Source: Octopus vulgaris
Taxonomy: Eukaryota
Assembly: GCA_951406725.2 (NCBI GenBank)
Contig: OX597822.1
Span: 39,308,001-39,372,000 of the forward strand
Direction: 5' to 3'
DNA: 64,000 nt
Shown: positions 1-12,789 of the stretch, piece by piece
How positions within the stretch are numbered: the first letter of the stretch is position 1
How the letters are laid out: the number at the start of each line of letters is the position of its first letter
The notes under the pieces: model-generated
The model's database searches: none
Told to the model about the DNA's origin: nothing
What the model saw: the letters and a program-made list of their open reading frames with translations, nothing else
Made by a program: the position numbers and the translations under genes

Positions 1-86
1 AAAAAGTTCGAATGACTATGAGGGTCCATTTGAGTAACATAGGAACCAGAAGGGTCCGTAGGTAAAAAAATAGTTGAGAGACACTG
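1..86. mobile_element. Right end of a hAT/Charlie-like MITE, cut by the window start
   Basis: Ends TAGTTGAGAGACACTG followed by GTCTAGAG, matching the NTCTAGAN Charlie-type target consensus; terminus resembles the 8465-9044 element. Confidence 0.45.
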
Positions 87-152
87 GTCTAGAGTATGAA
101 AGAAGAGTTGTTTGAAGGAAACCAGTGAATTTTAGAATCCAATATGATGAAA

Positions 153-417
153 GTGGAGGCACATGGCCTAGTGGTTAGAGCAGTGGACGCGCGGTCGAGG
201 GATCGTGGGTTCGAATCTCAGACCGAGCGATGTGTGTGTTGATGAGCGAAACACCTAAGCTCCACGCAGCTCCAGCAGAAGGTAATGGTGAACTTCTACT
301 ATAGCTTCGTGCCGACCAAAGCCTTGTGAGTGGATTTGGTAGACGGAAACTGAAAGAAGCCCGTAGTATACACATGTATATTTGTATATGTATGTGTTGT
401 GTGTGTCTGCGTGTGTG

Positions 418-457
<40 letters not shown>

Positions 458-1160
458 TGTGTGTGTGTGTGGAGGCACATGATTTAGAGTGTTGTACTAC
501 CGATTGCAAGATTGTGGTTTCGATTCCTTGATTGGGCGCTGCGTTGTGTTCTTGCCCAAAATATTTTATTTCAAGTTGCTCTGCGATCATCTCGTCATGT
601 GACACGTGGCACATCGTGCCTCTGTACAGGTAATGGCGATTTGATGGAGGGAGTGAGTTTATGTGAATACAAACATATGATAATTATAAAGCAATTGTTT
701 GTGTGGTTGATCAGTAAGAAATTTCAGAACCCCCATACGTCGTCGAACGACGGGAGAGTCCATGATACTTGTGCGTGTGTGTGTGAGAGAGAGTGTGTGT
801 GTGTGAGAGAGAGTGTGTGTGTGTGTATGTATGCGAGAAATAGAGTGTGTGTGTATGTGTGTGAGAGAGTGTGTGTGTGTGAGAGAGAAAGAGAGTGTGT
901 GTGTGTGTGTCTTTGTGTCAGTGTTCGTGTGTGTCTGTGTTTGTGTTTGTGTTTGTTCTTCACTACCGCTTGGCAACAAATGCTGGTATGTTTTCGTCCT
1001 CGTTACTTAGTGGTTCGGCAAAAGAAATTGAGGCAATAGCAACCAAGCTTTAAAAAAAAAACATGTACTGGGGTCGATTCGTTCGACTATAATTCTTCAA
1101 GTCGGTACGGTGCCCCAGCATGACCGCAGTTTAATGACAGAAACAAGTAAAATAATAAAA
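153..1160 (+). mobile_element. Chimeric nested tRNA-derived SINE: family C head (153-297) fused to family A body, whose internal microsatellite holds another SINE; A 3' half at ~945-1160
   Basis: A box TGGCCTAGTGG and B box GGTTCGAATC; switch at CTTCT to the A-family ACTATAGC...GAAAGAAGCCCGT; tail ...GAAACAAGTAAAA. Confidence 0.75.
469..763 (+). mobile_element. tRNA-derived SINE family F (CORE-like middle); other copies at 32960-33256 (-) and 37100-37352 (-)
   Basis: GTTTCGATTCC B box, TGTGTTCTTG...TTTATTTCAAGTTGCTC segment, tail ...CATACGTCGTCGAACGACGGGAGAGTCCAT shared by three copies. Confidence 0.7.
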
Positions 1161-1162
1161 TA

Positions 1163-1800
1163 TTCTTTTCTACTCTAGGCACAAGGCCTGAAATTTTTGG
1201 GTAGGGGGCCAGTCAATTACATCGACCCCAATAGGTAACTGCTACTTAATTTCTCGACCCCAAAAGGATGAAAGGCAAAGTCGATCTCGGTGGAATTTGA
1301 ACTCAGAATGTAGTGGCAGACGAAATATCGCTCAGCATTTCGCCCGGTGTGCTAACGTTTCTTATTTCTTTATTACCCACAAGCGGATAAACACAGAGGG
1401 GACAAACAAGGACAGACAAAGGGATTTAGTCGATTACATCGACCCCAGTGCGTTACTGGTACTTAATTTATCGACCCCGAAAGGATGAAAGGCAAAGTCG
1501 ACCTCGGTGGAATTTGAACTCAGAACGTAACGGCAGACGGAATACCTATTTCTTTATTACCCACAAGGGGCTAAACATAGAAGAGACAAACAAGGACAGA
1601 CATAGGTATTAAGTCGATTATATCGACCCCCAGTGCGTAACTGGTACTTATTTAATTGACCCCGAAAAGATGAAAGGCAAAGTCGTCCTCGGCGGAATTT
1701 GAACTCACAACGTAACGGCAGACGGAATACCGCTAAGCATTTGGCTCTGCGTGCTAACGTTTCTGCCACGTCGCCGCCCTTTCTGCCAGCTCGCCGCCTT
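1163..1800 (-). mobile_element. Tandem composite (about 3 units) of tRNA-derived SINE family B
   Basis: Repeated GACCCCGAAAGGATGAAAGGCAAAGTCGACCTCGGCGGAATTTGAACTC; minus-strand head GGCGGCGAGCTGGCAGAAA and B box GAGTTCAAATTCC. Confidence 0.85.
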
Positions 1801-1918
1801 AAAAGAATAAAAGAATACACATAAGGACTTGTTCAAAATGCCACATAGTGGGACTGAACCAGAAAACCTGTTGTTAAGAAGCAAACTTGATAACAGAAAG
1901 ACACACACGCCGATAATG

Positions 1919-2112
1919 ACCGTAGTTGATGGTATATAAGAAGCACGTTTTCCCCAAAACGATGTCTCAGAAAATTACCTCGGGTCGTATATGCGCCGTT
2001 GGGCCTCCCATAGTTTTTAACGCGCTAAAAAGCTTCTTTTCCTGAATATGCGCTGCTGAAATTGGGATGCGTCTAATACGCCCGTACGTCTTTCATGCAT
2101 GCCGTGTACGGT
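1919..2112. mobile_element. Degraded pogo/Tigger-like MITE
   Basis: Imperfect TIRs ACCGTA...TATATAAGAAGCAC and GTACGTCTTTCATGC...TACGGTA. Confidence 0.45.
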
Positions 2113-2352
2113 ACATCTATTGCAGAGCTGAAGGAAGCGTTAACTGAAGAGTGGAGACACATGGATCACTTTGTCATTCATAATCTAATTAAAGCAATAG
2201 CTAATCGAATGAAAGCTGTGAAGTTAATTAAAGAAGGGTCTACAAATTACGGAGATAAACTTTCATTACTTCGGCCATTTTTTCATGAATCTATTTACAA
2301 ATTAAATTAATGTACGTTTTATTGCACTGACTATAAAGTTATTGTAACCACT

Positions 2353-2353
<1 letters not shown>
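2113..2353 (+). mobile_element. 3' end of a Tc1-like transposon
   Basis: Transposase C-terminus ELKEALTEEW...NLIKAIANRMKAV...EGSTNY; TIR-like end AAAGTTATTGTAACCACTG next to (TA)n. Confidence 0.65.
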
Positions 2354-2440
<87 letters not shown>

Positions 2441-2591
2441 GTGTGTATGTATGTGTGTATGTATGTGTGTGCGTATGTGTGTATATGTATGTATATCAGT
2501 TGATTAGGGTTGCGTATAATCAATAACATGGTTTAATACCGAAGCATTTGTAGCAAAGATTGTACTGCTACCGTACACTTTATAGATTTGT

Positions 2592-2597
2592 CCATCC

Positions 2598-2681
<84 letters not shown>

Positions 2682-2685
2682 GTCC

Positions 2686-2779
<94 letters not shown>

Positions 2780-2788
2780 ATATCTATC
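2592..2788. repeat. (TATC)n microsatellite, left flank of the Tx1 insertion; continues at 3997-4135
   Basis: Direct reading. Confidence 0.95.
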
Positions 2789-3996
2789 CATGACCGAACT
2801 GCAATCGTGGATCAAAAAGAGGCCGAGGAAGGGCGAATGGCACCGCGAGTGTCGCGTTGTTCTCAAGCAACTCTGCCGTCCTGGGTCAACCTTGAGTGAC
2901 TCCATCACAACCAAAGCATTCTATAGGGGATTAGTGGAGGGGAAGTACGACGACGAGCTCGGGGCGAACCTGGACGTCGACGAGGAATACCTGACCCGCC
3001 TGTTCGGGACGACTTTCGGGCCAGGGCCCATGAACAACTTCCAGAGATCCCTGGCCTGGCAGTGCTACCGAGAAGCGCTACCCGTTCGGGATAAGCTCTA
3101 CAGACACGGCTCGAGAAACACGGGGCCGACCTGCCCGAGATGCGGTCAGAGCGACAAAACCGTTCTGCACGCACTCGTGCATTGTCCAACAATTTCCGAC
3201 CTATGGGCTTATGTCGAACAGCTGCTGTCACGTGTGCGACGAGTCGGTTTATCAGCTGAGTCTATCGTCAATATTGTCACGCCTCCTTCCTTTAAACGGA
3301 AAGGAAGAGCTACTTTCATCATCCTTGTGGCTATGGCGAAAGAATGTATCTGGTGGATGCGTCTGAAAGGATTGGAGACAAACACTTTCCTCTCTGGTCA
3401 ACCTCTCATCAACTTCTTCAAGTCCCACTTGAAAAGGAAAGTGAGAGTAGAGAGGGAAGTTTTGTCTAGCGAATGTTTTAAAAAAAGATGGGTGAATGTA
3501 GCAAGGATGGCACGTATGAATGACGAAGCCACCTTGAACATAATCCTATGAACCCAGAAATTGAAAACAGAGGGTTACCCACTTGCAAACAAATGTGGTA
3601 ACATATAACAATATTGACCAAGGTAACCGTGGTCTTTTTCGTAGGCTTTTCTTCCCACGGATAAACCTTACTTGCTTTCCCCTTTACACCATACATCATG
3701 ACACTGTGATACACGATCCCTATTGATCGTTTTTTTCCTCTTCCCCTTTTTTCCTCTTTTTTCTTCTTTTTTCACTTTTCTTTTCTTTTGTTCCTTTTCC
3801 TTTTTTCTTTTTTCTTTTTTCTTTTCTTTTTTTTGTTTTTTTCCCTTTTACGATCCCTTTTGATCGAAAACCTAAGCCACCTTTATTTTTGTTTCTTTTG
3901 TTTTTCGTTTTTTGTTTTTTTTCATCCACCAAAAGAAAAGCTCTACCTTGTGACTTGTCCCATCTGTGTGCAGCCCTGTCTGGCCAATAAAGAAAC
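2789..3996 (+). mobile_element. 5'-truncated L1/Tx1-clade LINE: ORF2 C-terminus (open 2790-3551, zf-RVT-like zinc finger) plus 3' UTR
   Basis: W..YREALPVRDKL...CPRCGQSDKTVLHALVHCP...W motif typical of L1/Tx1 ORF2 ends; T-rich 3' UTR, AATAAA at 3986, then (CTAT)n. Confidence 0.85.
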
Positions 3997-4070
<74 letters not shown>

Positions 4071-4071
4071 G

Positions 4072-4135
<64 letters not shown>

Positions 4136-4293
4136 ACTGTCTCTCTGTCTCTCTGTCTATCTCTCTTTCTATCTATATGCATATATCAATCATATATCAC
4201 AGACATACACACATATATCTTGGTTTATGTGTATGTATTTATGATTATTCAATTCTATGCGTCTATTGAACACTCTCTCTTTTTGTCTCTCCC

Positions 4294-4338
<45 letters not shown>

Positions 4339-4864
4339 AACATGTACACACACACATACATAAATAAGCATACATACATGCACGTGTGTGCGCGCGTGGG
4401 TGTTTGATTCGTGTGTATATGAATGGAGTGAAATGTATAAGTGGTTGAGTATTTCTGTGTGAATTGGAGAGATGAGCGTTACTGTATTCATGGTGTGTGT
4501 GTGTGTGCGTGAGCGTGCGTATGTATGTGTGTATATGTGTGTGAGAAAGAGAGGGAGAGAGAGAGGGAGAGAGCGTGTCTATGTATAGTATGTTTTACTT
4601 GTAGTATATGTTTTTGCGTGCCTATGCGGATGTGTGGGTGTAGTGAAGTGACGTAATTAATTTGTTAGTGTGAATGTCGGTTATCCTCCCTAAAAATAAT
4701 ATTAATCTATTCTAATTAACCAGTTATTAAATGCTTAACTTAACCTTTGCTGAGAACAATTAAATTTGTGTACGTATATATATATATATATATATATACG
4801 CACACCCATATATATATATATACACACACACACATATGTATATATACACACACACATATATATG

Positions 4865-4898
<34 letters not shown>

Positions 4899-5185
4899 CA
4901 TACATACATACATATATATATATATGTATGCGTATATATATGTATGTGTATATATATATATATATGTGTATATATATATATATGTATACGTATATGTATG
5001 GGCATATACATGGTTGTGTGCATGTCAATATCTATGCAAGCATACACACACAGACATACACACACATATGTATACATATCTATATATATATGTGTACGTT
5101 TGCCTGCGTGTACGTATAGGTATGTATACATATATTTGTGTGCATGTATATATATATATGTATGTATATATATATATTTATATTT

Positions 5186-5258
<73 letters not shown>

Positions 5259-5259
5259 A

Positions 5260-5297
<38 letters not shown>

Positions 5298-5368
5298 TTG
5301 TTAGTTTTATACAAATTTGTGCATATTTGGTTCAACGTATACAGCTCTATACAAGTGAAGCATACAAC

Positions 5369-5436
<68 letters not shown>

Positions 5437-6170
5437 ACAAATACATACATACCCGTGCGCTCGCGGGTACTCACATAGTGTGCTGAAGCCGAAAAGACTA
5501 CAAAAACTGCCCCCAGAGTTTAATGCAATCGGACATCAGACAACCGTGTACATTTAGATCAATACGATGGTTTATCAGAGTTTGTAAGATGAATGGTAAA
5601 TGATAAAAAAAGTATAGCTGACTGGACTTTGTCCTTACTCAAAATAACGGGTATCTTTTTGATGAAAAATAAATACTGTGACAAAATAAAAAAGCATAAA
5701 TATTCAAAGCGAATCGAAACTTAATTACAAATTGGATAATATAAAACGTTTATACTTGTGGAAACAAGCATAAAAAATACAGCGAATAAAAAAAATATCC
5801 GCTTATGTAATTAAGTGTGGGAGGAAAATTTTGTAAGCGATAGAACTGTAAATTAAAATTAAAAATTAATAATGCAAGGGCGAATGGGTATCACAAATAA
5901 GTACAAAATATATGTAAAAATATAAATAAAAATAAATGTTCTTATCGCTCCATCCAGTTAGAGATAAATATAGTTTAATGTACAAAGGATTTAAGTGTGA
6001 ACTACCATATGTTTCATGCCTCTGGTAATACGATTGAGTGCCGTGTTTATTGAGCAATCATTGAGGCTCAGAACACAACCTTTGAGCCTGAATGACTGCT
6101 CAATATTACATGATACGCTATTGCATTATTAGAGGTATGGAACTTATAGTAGCTCGTACGGCTTGTACGT

Positions 6171-6606
6171 TGGCCGTGTGGTAAGAAGCTTGCTTCCCAA
6201 CCACATGGTTCCGAGTTCAATCCCACTGCGTGGCATCTTGGCTATCTTCTACTATAACCTTGGGCCGACCAAAAAAACCTTCTGAGTGGATTTGGTTGAC
6301 GGAAACTGAAAGAAGCCCGTCGTATATATATATATGTGTGTGTGTGCGTGTGCGTGTGTGCGTGTGTGTGTGAGTGTGTGTGTGTGTGTGAGTGTGTGTG
6401 TATGTATTTGTCTGTTTATGTTTGCCCCCCCCCCCATCGCTTGACGACCGATGTTGGTGTGTTTACGTCCCCATGACGTGGCGGTTAGGCGAAAGAGACA
6501 GAATAAGTTCTATACTTACAAAAAATGAGTCCTGCAGTCGATTTGTTCAACTAAAAGCGATGCTCCAGCATGGCTGCAGTCAAGTGACTCAAACAAGTAA
6601 AATAAT
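6171..6606 (+). mobile_element. SINE family A (tRNA head, CORE-like segment, internal TA/TG microsatellite)
   Basis: TGGCCGTGTGG A box, GAGTTCAATCCC B box; colinear with full-length copies at 6909-7322 and 60768-61200. Confidence 0.85.
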
Positions 6607-6621
6607 ATATATATATATATT

Positions 6622-6908
6622 TATGAGTAAGTACATAAATGGAAAACAAAGTGGAAAAAAATAGTACTCGAATACCGGAGGTAAAGTAATGTGTTTTTTT
6701 TTTTTTAATTTGCAAGAACATCACACACACACACACACAAAAAAATAACTGCTACTCCGAGTTTCACGTTCCAGTTCATCGGGCAGATGTCATCATGAAA
6801 AAACTATTAGTTTCTTGATCACAACTGCCCAACAAACAGGAATGTGAAACTCTGAGTAGCAGTTTTTTGTGATGTTCTGGCAGCTTTAATAAAAAAAAAT
6901 GTATTATA
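6622..6908. mobile_element. Short inverted-repeat element with two divergent hammerhead-like folds (Penelope pLTR-like relic)
   Basis: Arms ~6686-6787 and 6823-6908 are reverse complements around a ~35-bp spacer. Confidence 0.65.
6747..6787 (-). ncRNA. Minimal type-I hammerhead ribozyme motif (U4C variant); decayed partner at 6823-6865 (+)
   Basis: Minus strand CUGC-CCGAUGA-ACUGGAACGU-GAA-ACUC-G-GAGU-A-GCAG: stem I CUGC/GCAG, stem III ACUC/GAGU, GUA triplet. Confidence 0.6.
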
Positions 6909-7062
6909 GGCGCAGGAATGGCTGGAATGGCTGCTTACCAATCACATGGTTCCGGGTACAGCCTCACTGCGTGGCACCTTGGGCAAGCGTCTTCTACTAT
7001 AGCCTCGGTCTGACCAAAGCTTTGTGAGTGGATTTGGTAGACGGAAACTGAAAGAAGCCCGT

Positions 7063-7107
<45 letters not shown>

Positions 7108-7322
7108 ATGTTTGTATGTCTGTGTTTGTCCCCTAACATCGCTTGACAATCGATGCTGGTGTGTTTACGTCTCCGTAACTTAGCGGTTCAGCAAGAGAGA
7201 CTGATAGAATAAGTACTAGGCTTCCAAAGAATGAGTCCGGGGGTAGATTTGCTCGACTAAAGGTGGTGCTCCAGCATGGCCGCAGTCAAATGACTGAAAC
7301 AAGTAAAAGAGAGTAAAGAGAG
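6909..7322 (+). mobile_element. SINE family A, full length
   Basis: Starts GGCGCAGGA, contains GGCACCTTGGGCAAGCGTCTT, ends GAAACAAGTAAAAGAGAGTAAAGAG. Confidence 0.9.
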
Positions 7323-8464
7323 TACGTCCATTAATATGGCAGATCAAGCTTTCCTCATTCACTACACTGGCGATACGTTTTTGAGCGGCTCATTTAAATC
7401 ATGCATGAAAATTTCGTGTATTTTTGGAAATACCCACTCTTTCCGCTACATGTTTCCTCCATCGATGGCGATGACAAGCATTACTTTCCCAGTTGACTTC
7501 CCATTTTCCTCATACTTTGAATGTGGATTTTATGTAAATCTTAAATCTACTGGAGACGTTTTCCACAAAAACCTCGCCATACGCCCTAACCTCTAGGCCA
7601 CGCATATTAACCCACTTTGTGCATCTTGGAGTACATTATCCTATGTGAAGTACCTTTATTTAAGATATTAGAATGTGATTTGAGAGAGATTTAGCAGCTA
7701 TTTCTAACAGATTGTGCGACTACACTGAGGCTTTCTCACTGGGTTGTAGTGAGCAACGATTGTTGTTTCAAATCAACTTTGTCGAAGCATGTTACTGAGC
7801 AAACTCAAGCCAACAGTGGCCATCGCGTCTTTTTTTTGTCAGACAAGATATTTAGACTTAGAACTGACTAAGTGTTCTTTGTTTCTTTTGAAATACTAAC
7901 GTCTGGCCAAATTTTAAAATAGCTGCTATATCTAGCAAACAGCAAGTATTTTAGTACCAGGGGCAAATTGCAAGTGCGCGCGAGGGCGGGGCATCTTTGC
8001 TGAGAAAAATATAATGAATCTTTAATTTTTACAAATTCGTAGATATAGTATTTATATTAAGTTACAGCTTAAACCGTTTTCCTTTTCATATGATCTTTTA
8101 TAAATTTCATCAGCGAGCGGTTTCAAATTCCGTGTGAGAAAGGATCCCCACCCAGGATGTATATGCTTCTAAGGTGACTCGTACAGGACAACTGTTTATG
8201 AAGTAAGTATCGCTTTATTTATTTATTTATTTATTTATTTTTAGTTTTAGGTTTTGAAGTTTCACGAAGGAATTAGGTTGGTTATGTCTGAGAATGAACT
8301 GTGATGTTTTGCCTGGGGTTTGATCAATTAACTGCTGAGATTTTAATGGAAATTTTATATAAATTTAAACACTCGGGCTCAACAAAGTAATGTATTTCTG
8401 GTCACGCCCTTCACTTTATGTTTCAAGTTGACTTTAAACTCAACTAAAATGGATGGAACTAAAT

Positions 8465-9044
8465 CAGAGGTTCTCAAACGTTTTGGGCCACCGCCTGCTT
8501 CATGGCCACATAATACCCTCAGCGCCCCACCCCTATTTTTATGTATAAATACATATTTTATATTCTACTAATTTATATATACTATGAATCATTTGATAAT
8601 TTTTTTATTGCCCACAAGGGGCTAAACATAGAGGGGACAAACAAGGACAGACAAAGGGATTAAGTCGATTACATCGACCCCAGTGCGCAACTGGTACTTA
8701 ATTTATCGATCCCGAAAGGATGAAAAACAATGTCAACCTCGGCAGAATTTGAACTCACAACGTAACGGCAGATGAAATACCGCTAAGCATTTCGCCCAGC
8801 GTGCTAACGTTTCTGCCGGCTCGCCGCCTTGAGAATCATTTGATATTTAAGATACTATCATATAATTTGTATACAATACTATAATAATATTATAATAAAT
8901 TCATCGCGTCCCCAATCAACTGCTTTCCTCCCAACGCCGCCTTTTCTCTACCGTTTCCACCCTTACTGCCTCCTTGGGCACCAGCGCCCACCTGGACCAT
9001 CTCAACGCCCATCGGGGCGGTAGCGTCCACTTTGAGAACCTATG
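8465..9044. mobile_element. hAT/Charlie-like MITE with 8-bp TSD, containing a family B SINE (8600-8830, -) with its own 13-bp TSD
   Basis: TIRs CAGAGGTTCTCAAA / TTTGAGAACCTATG; TSD AACTAAAT (8457) / ATCTAAAT (9045); SINE TSD GAATCATTTGATA at 8586 and 8833. Confidence 0.8.
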
Positions 9045-9408
9045 ATCTAAATACTACTACGGTACACCCGAGGCCTAAAACTAAAAGCCAGAAGACTATA
9101 ACTCCATCACAATAATCACGAACTTAGGCGAAACACCACCAAATACCCCAAATTGTCGCACATCAGCACATGCACTGAAACAACACCAAGAACAACAAAA
9201 ACAATAAAGCACGAAACCATTATTACAATAACCAAACTTCTTAGTGTATCTGCTACAACAACAAGAAAATACAAGAACAACAACAACAAGAAAACCATCA
9301 AAAGAAACAACAAACACAACGAAACATTCAAGACGAAAATATAGTCAACTTCACCGTGGTAAATGAAAACAAGGAGTTAGTGGACGACTCAGAAAAAGCG
9401 TCTTAAAA

Positions 9409-9771
9409 CGGTTAAGAGCAATGACATTTTCGGGGGAACTCAAGTCGTCGATGAGGATGAACTACCTGGTCTTTTTCAGAGAGCTTTCAAGTTCGGTACT
9501 ACCCTGGGTAACTTCAAGAATCCCCGACCTAACAGTACTACCGAGGAGCCCTGCTAGTTCGAGATCAATTCTACTTTATCGATGTGCCGGAAATACGCCA
9601 CTAAGTTGGCTATCCACGAATGGGGTTTGAAGACCAAATGCAATATATGCATAGCTGAAAGATCGCACATTCTTTTTAGGTCTAAGAATTCGATCGCGCT
9701 ACTTAATTCTAGATCTGAAATTTTCAGCAAATGCAAGCATATGGACAAACTTCTTTTGGCGAGCTGGAGGA
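9409..9771 (+). mobile_element. Penelope-like element fragment (end of GIY-YIG-containing ORF), copy 1 of a direct repeat
   Basis: YATKLAIHEWGLK..KCNICIAERSHI...LLNSRSEIFSKCKHMDKLLL resembles the CNLC..EK..I...LLN.RSEL..KCRH..K.LL end of PLE ORFs. Confidence 0.7.
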
Positions 9772-9989
9772 AAGAATTTGAAAAATTATCCCCAAAATGC
9801 CTAAAGAGAGAGTGTTAATAAAAACGTCAAGTCAAATTAACCATACTCTCTTGAACAACTTCACAGAGAGTGAGGGGATTTTCAGAAACTCAGTAGATAA
9901 AGTTTTATTACAAGGGCTTAAAAGAACACAGACTATTCGTCACTCGAAGTGATTCGAAGTGACGTCGGTGAATAACCTCTCCCCTGATT

Positions 9990-12050
9990 TTTTCCAGTAA
10001 TTATGATGGCACTTAGAGAAGGATGTATTAATGTATGTAATGTGGGGACATAACGACCTCAGATCACCTGACTTAGATGTGGTGGCCATTACTGAAACCA
10101 GAATTTCCGGGACGCATGCACTCAGCTCCATGTGTTTGACGACTACAAGATGTACTCATCTTGTGGTCTGATAAGATCGGATGGTGGAGTACCTGTGCTT
10201 TTCTGGAAAGAATTAGATTTAGAGGTTCAGACAATATTCCTGAGTCCTGCAGGAAAGATGATGGTACTAGATATGACGAGGCAGTGCCTTCAGACTAACG
10301 GCCGTCAATGCACCCACCACGGCTGGACGGCTAGATTTTTTTAGACGTCTAGAAACCTTCCTATCAACAGCCTGCTCTTTAGGGGCAGTGGGGGAGTTTG
10401 AATGGTATTTTGAATGGCGTTACAGGGCTGTTTAGAGATAACTCATAGAAGGTGACGCAAAAATCTCGAAAACATGCTCAGACGTTTCCAACTATCTAAT
10501 AGGTACCGACGGGATTTCTCGAATGTGCCGATGTGAACCTGGGGCAACCACGATGGGTCTTCCAAAATGTATATAGAGTATTCGTTAGGTTAATTGACTA
10601 AGATATGCCAGGGTGTCCACAATTCAAACTGGTTGGCTACACAGATCACTAATTTGTGATCTTCACAGTTGCCTCAGATAGAACTCATAGACAGGGATCC
10701 GGCTACTGGAGGTTGAATGCCTCTTTCCCGACGCGAAAAGACTACCGAGACCGGATTGGCGAGCAGTAATCAAGAAGACGTAGTAAAGAACATTGGAAAG
10801 GGTCATTAAACATGAGTCAATAACATTTAGTAAAGAGCAAATGAGAGATAAATAGATTAGAAGATGATCTAGTTAGTAAACTAGAAAAGGCAATTAGAAA
10901 TGAAAAGAATGGCCCGCGACTATTTCTTTAATGCGGAACACGAAGGCTGCATTGTCAGGTCTAGAGCTCGTACGCTAAAACATGAAAGAGAGGACACCGT
11001 TCGAAGCACCAGGGTGATGAAGGCGTGACGTGACAACAAAGCTACAGTTCAGTTTTTGACATATCAGAATGGCCACGTACTGCGCGGTTTTAAACAAATG
11101 TGTGCAGCCTTCTAGTACTAGCAGCTTTTTGCCCAACTCTTCAGAGAAAGCGACAGGCCACAGAATATTGTAGACTCTAGTACCTTCATCGAGGTCAGCT
11201 GCAACTCTTGGAAGAAGATGTTAGAGCACTGTGAAGGCTATTAGCAGCAACTGAGACACGAGAAGTATGGAGTGGTTGTGCAAGGGACAAATTGCCCAGT
11301 TTGCATGGTCTGCCCCATGAGTTTTATAGTTATATGCCAGAGCTGTTTGGGACTTGTTGGCAGCAAAATTGGCAAATTCACAGGTCTGTGAGCCGAGGTG
11401 TGTTAACTTAGTTGAGAAAGGACAGCGATACAGGGGATATTAAAAATTTCCGGTCCATAACTCTGTTAAATGAAGAGTTTAAAATGTCGGCCTAGTTGTT
11501 AGCGAAGAGTTTGGCCTTGGCGTGGATGGTTTGGTCGGAAATTGCTCGGTGTCTTGTTTGGCCTGGATCTCCAGGTAGTCAAGAACTTGAATGAAGTTAC
11601 AAGCAGGGTGGCCAGTCTCTCTCAGAAATGGTCCGAGAATTATCCCACAATTGTCGTGCAGAAGTGGTGAATGCTCACATCGTCTCCTTGATAACTTACC
11701 GCCTGACCGTTGTGTCTTTCTCCAGTTCACGTTTGGCCAGAATGGAGCGTATACTTTCCGCTTCTTGTGGACGGGAAAGGACGCGTTCCACTGGACAGGC
11801 GGTCCATCTGTTACCAGCGCCCTCTAGATGGCGAGCTTGGTATGATATGGCAGCTGATGCGCAGATACGCGCTGCAGTTACACCATTTACAGAGTCGGTG
11901 TGGCCTCCGCTTGTAAGACACGCTTTTATGGAGCTCATCTCTTTGACGGAATTGCAATCTTGGGCAAGAATTGACCAGGTGCCTGGCATCAGGAATGTCG
12001 TCAGGCGCTCATTGACCTCTTCTAGTCGGACAATACAGTCGCCGAAAGTT
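9990..12050 (+). pseudogene. Heavily degraded L1/Tx1 ORF2: APE endonuclease, start of RT, internal deletion, later ORF2
   Basis: DVVAITETR, GYTDH and GSGYWRLNAS (APE); LHGLPHEFY and NFRSITLLNEEFK (RT); SLTELQSW matches the start of the 2790 ORF; many stops and frameshifts. Confidence 0.75.
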
Positions 12051-12080
12051 CTGCGGTAGCAATAAATAGAAATCAAATGG

Positions 12081-12432
12081 CGGTTAAGAGCAATGACATT
12101 TTCGGGGAAACTCAAGGCGTCGATGAGGATGAAGTACCTGGTCTTTTTCAGAGAACTTTCAAGTCCGGTACTACCCTGGGTAACTTCAAGAACCCCCGAC
12201 CTAACAGTACTAGCCCTGCTAGTTCGAGATAAATTCTACTTTGTCGATGTGCCGGAAATACGCCACTAAGTTGGCTAGCCACGAATGGGGTTTGAAGACC
12301 AAATGCAATATATGCGTAGCTGAAAGATCGCACATTCTTTTAAGTCTAAGAATTCGATCGCGCTACTTAATTCTAGATCTGAAATTTTCAGCAAACGCAA
12401 ACTGGACAAATTTCTTTTGGCAAGCTGGAGGA
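12081..12432 (+). mobile_element. Penelope-like element fragment, copy 2 of the direct repeat
   Basis: Near-identical to 9409-9771 from CGGTTAAGAGCAATGAC to AGCTGGAGGA. Confidence 0.75.
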
Positions 12433-12789
12433 TACCACCTTTCCTGATTGGGAAGCTGTCTCGAACATTTTGGACCCTTCTCCGTTAAATTATTCTACAA
12501 CTAGTTTATTATGGTTTCTGCAGTCAAAGGAGACGTAACAATAATTTTCTCTCTTTTCTTTTCATTTTCCGTTTTTACTCACCCTTCCACTTTTTACATC
12601 AGCTTTCTGTTTCTTTTTCTCATGACTTCTTATGCACCAGCGTTCTGATTTTCAAATAGAACTGACCATGTGCTCAGAACCGTTTGCCGATTAGTCCTTC
12701 TTGCCAGAAGAGTGCCATCCACTCATTGAGACTTGCACCAACACGCGTTTCGTTTGTTTCAGTCTTGCTGACGGAGTGAAAGCTCCAGA

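Noticed and set aside
4735-5557. Long ORFs rich in YI, HT or CV, also at 35-36, 39-40, 54-57 and 62 kb
   Set aside because: Translations of dinucleotide microsatellites that lack stop codons
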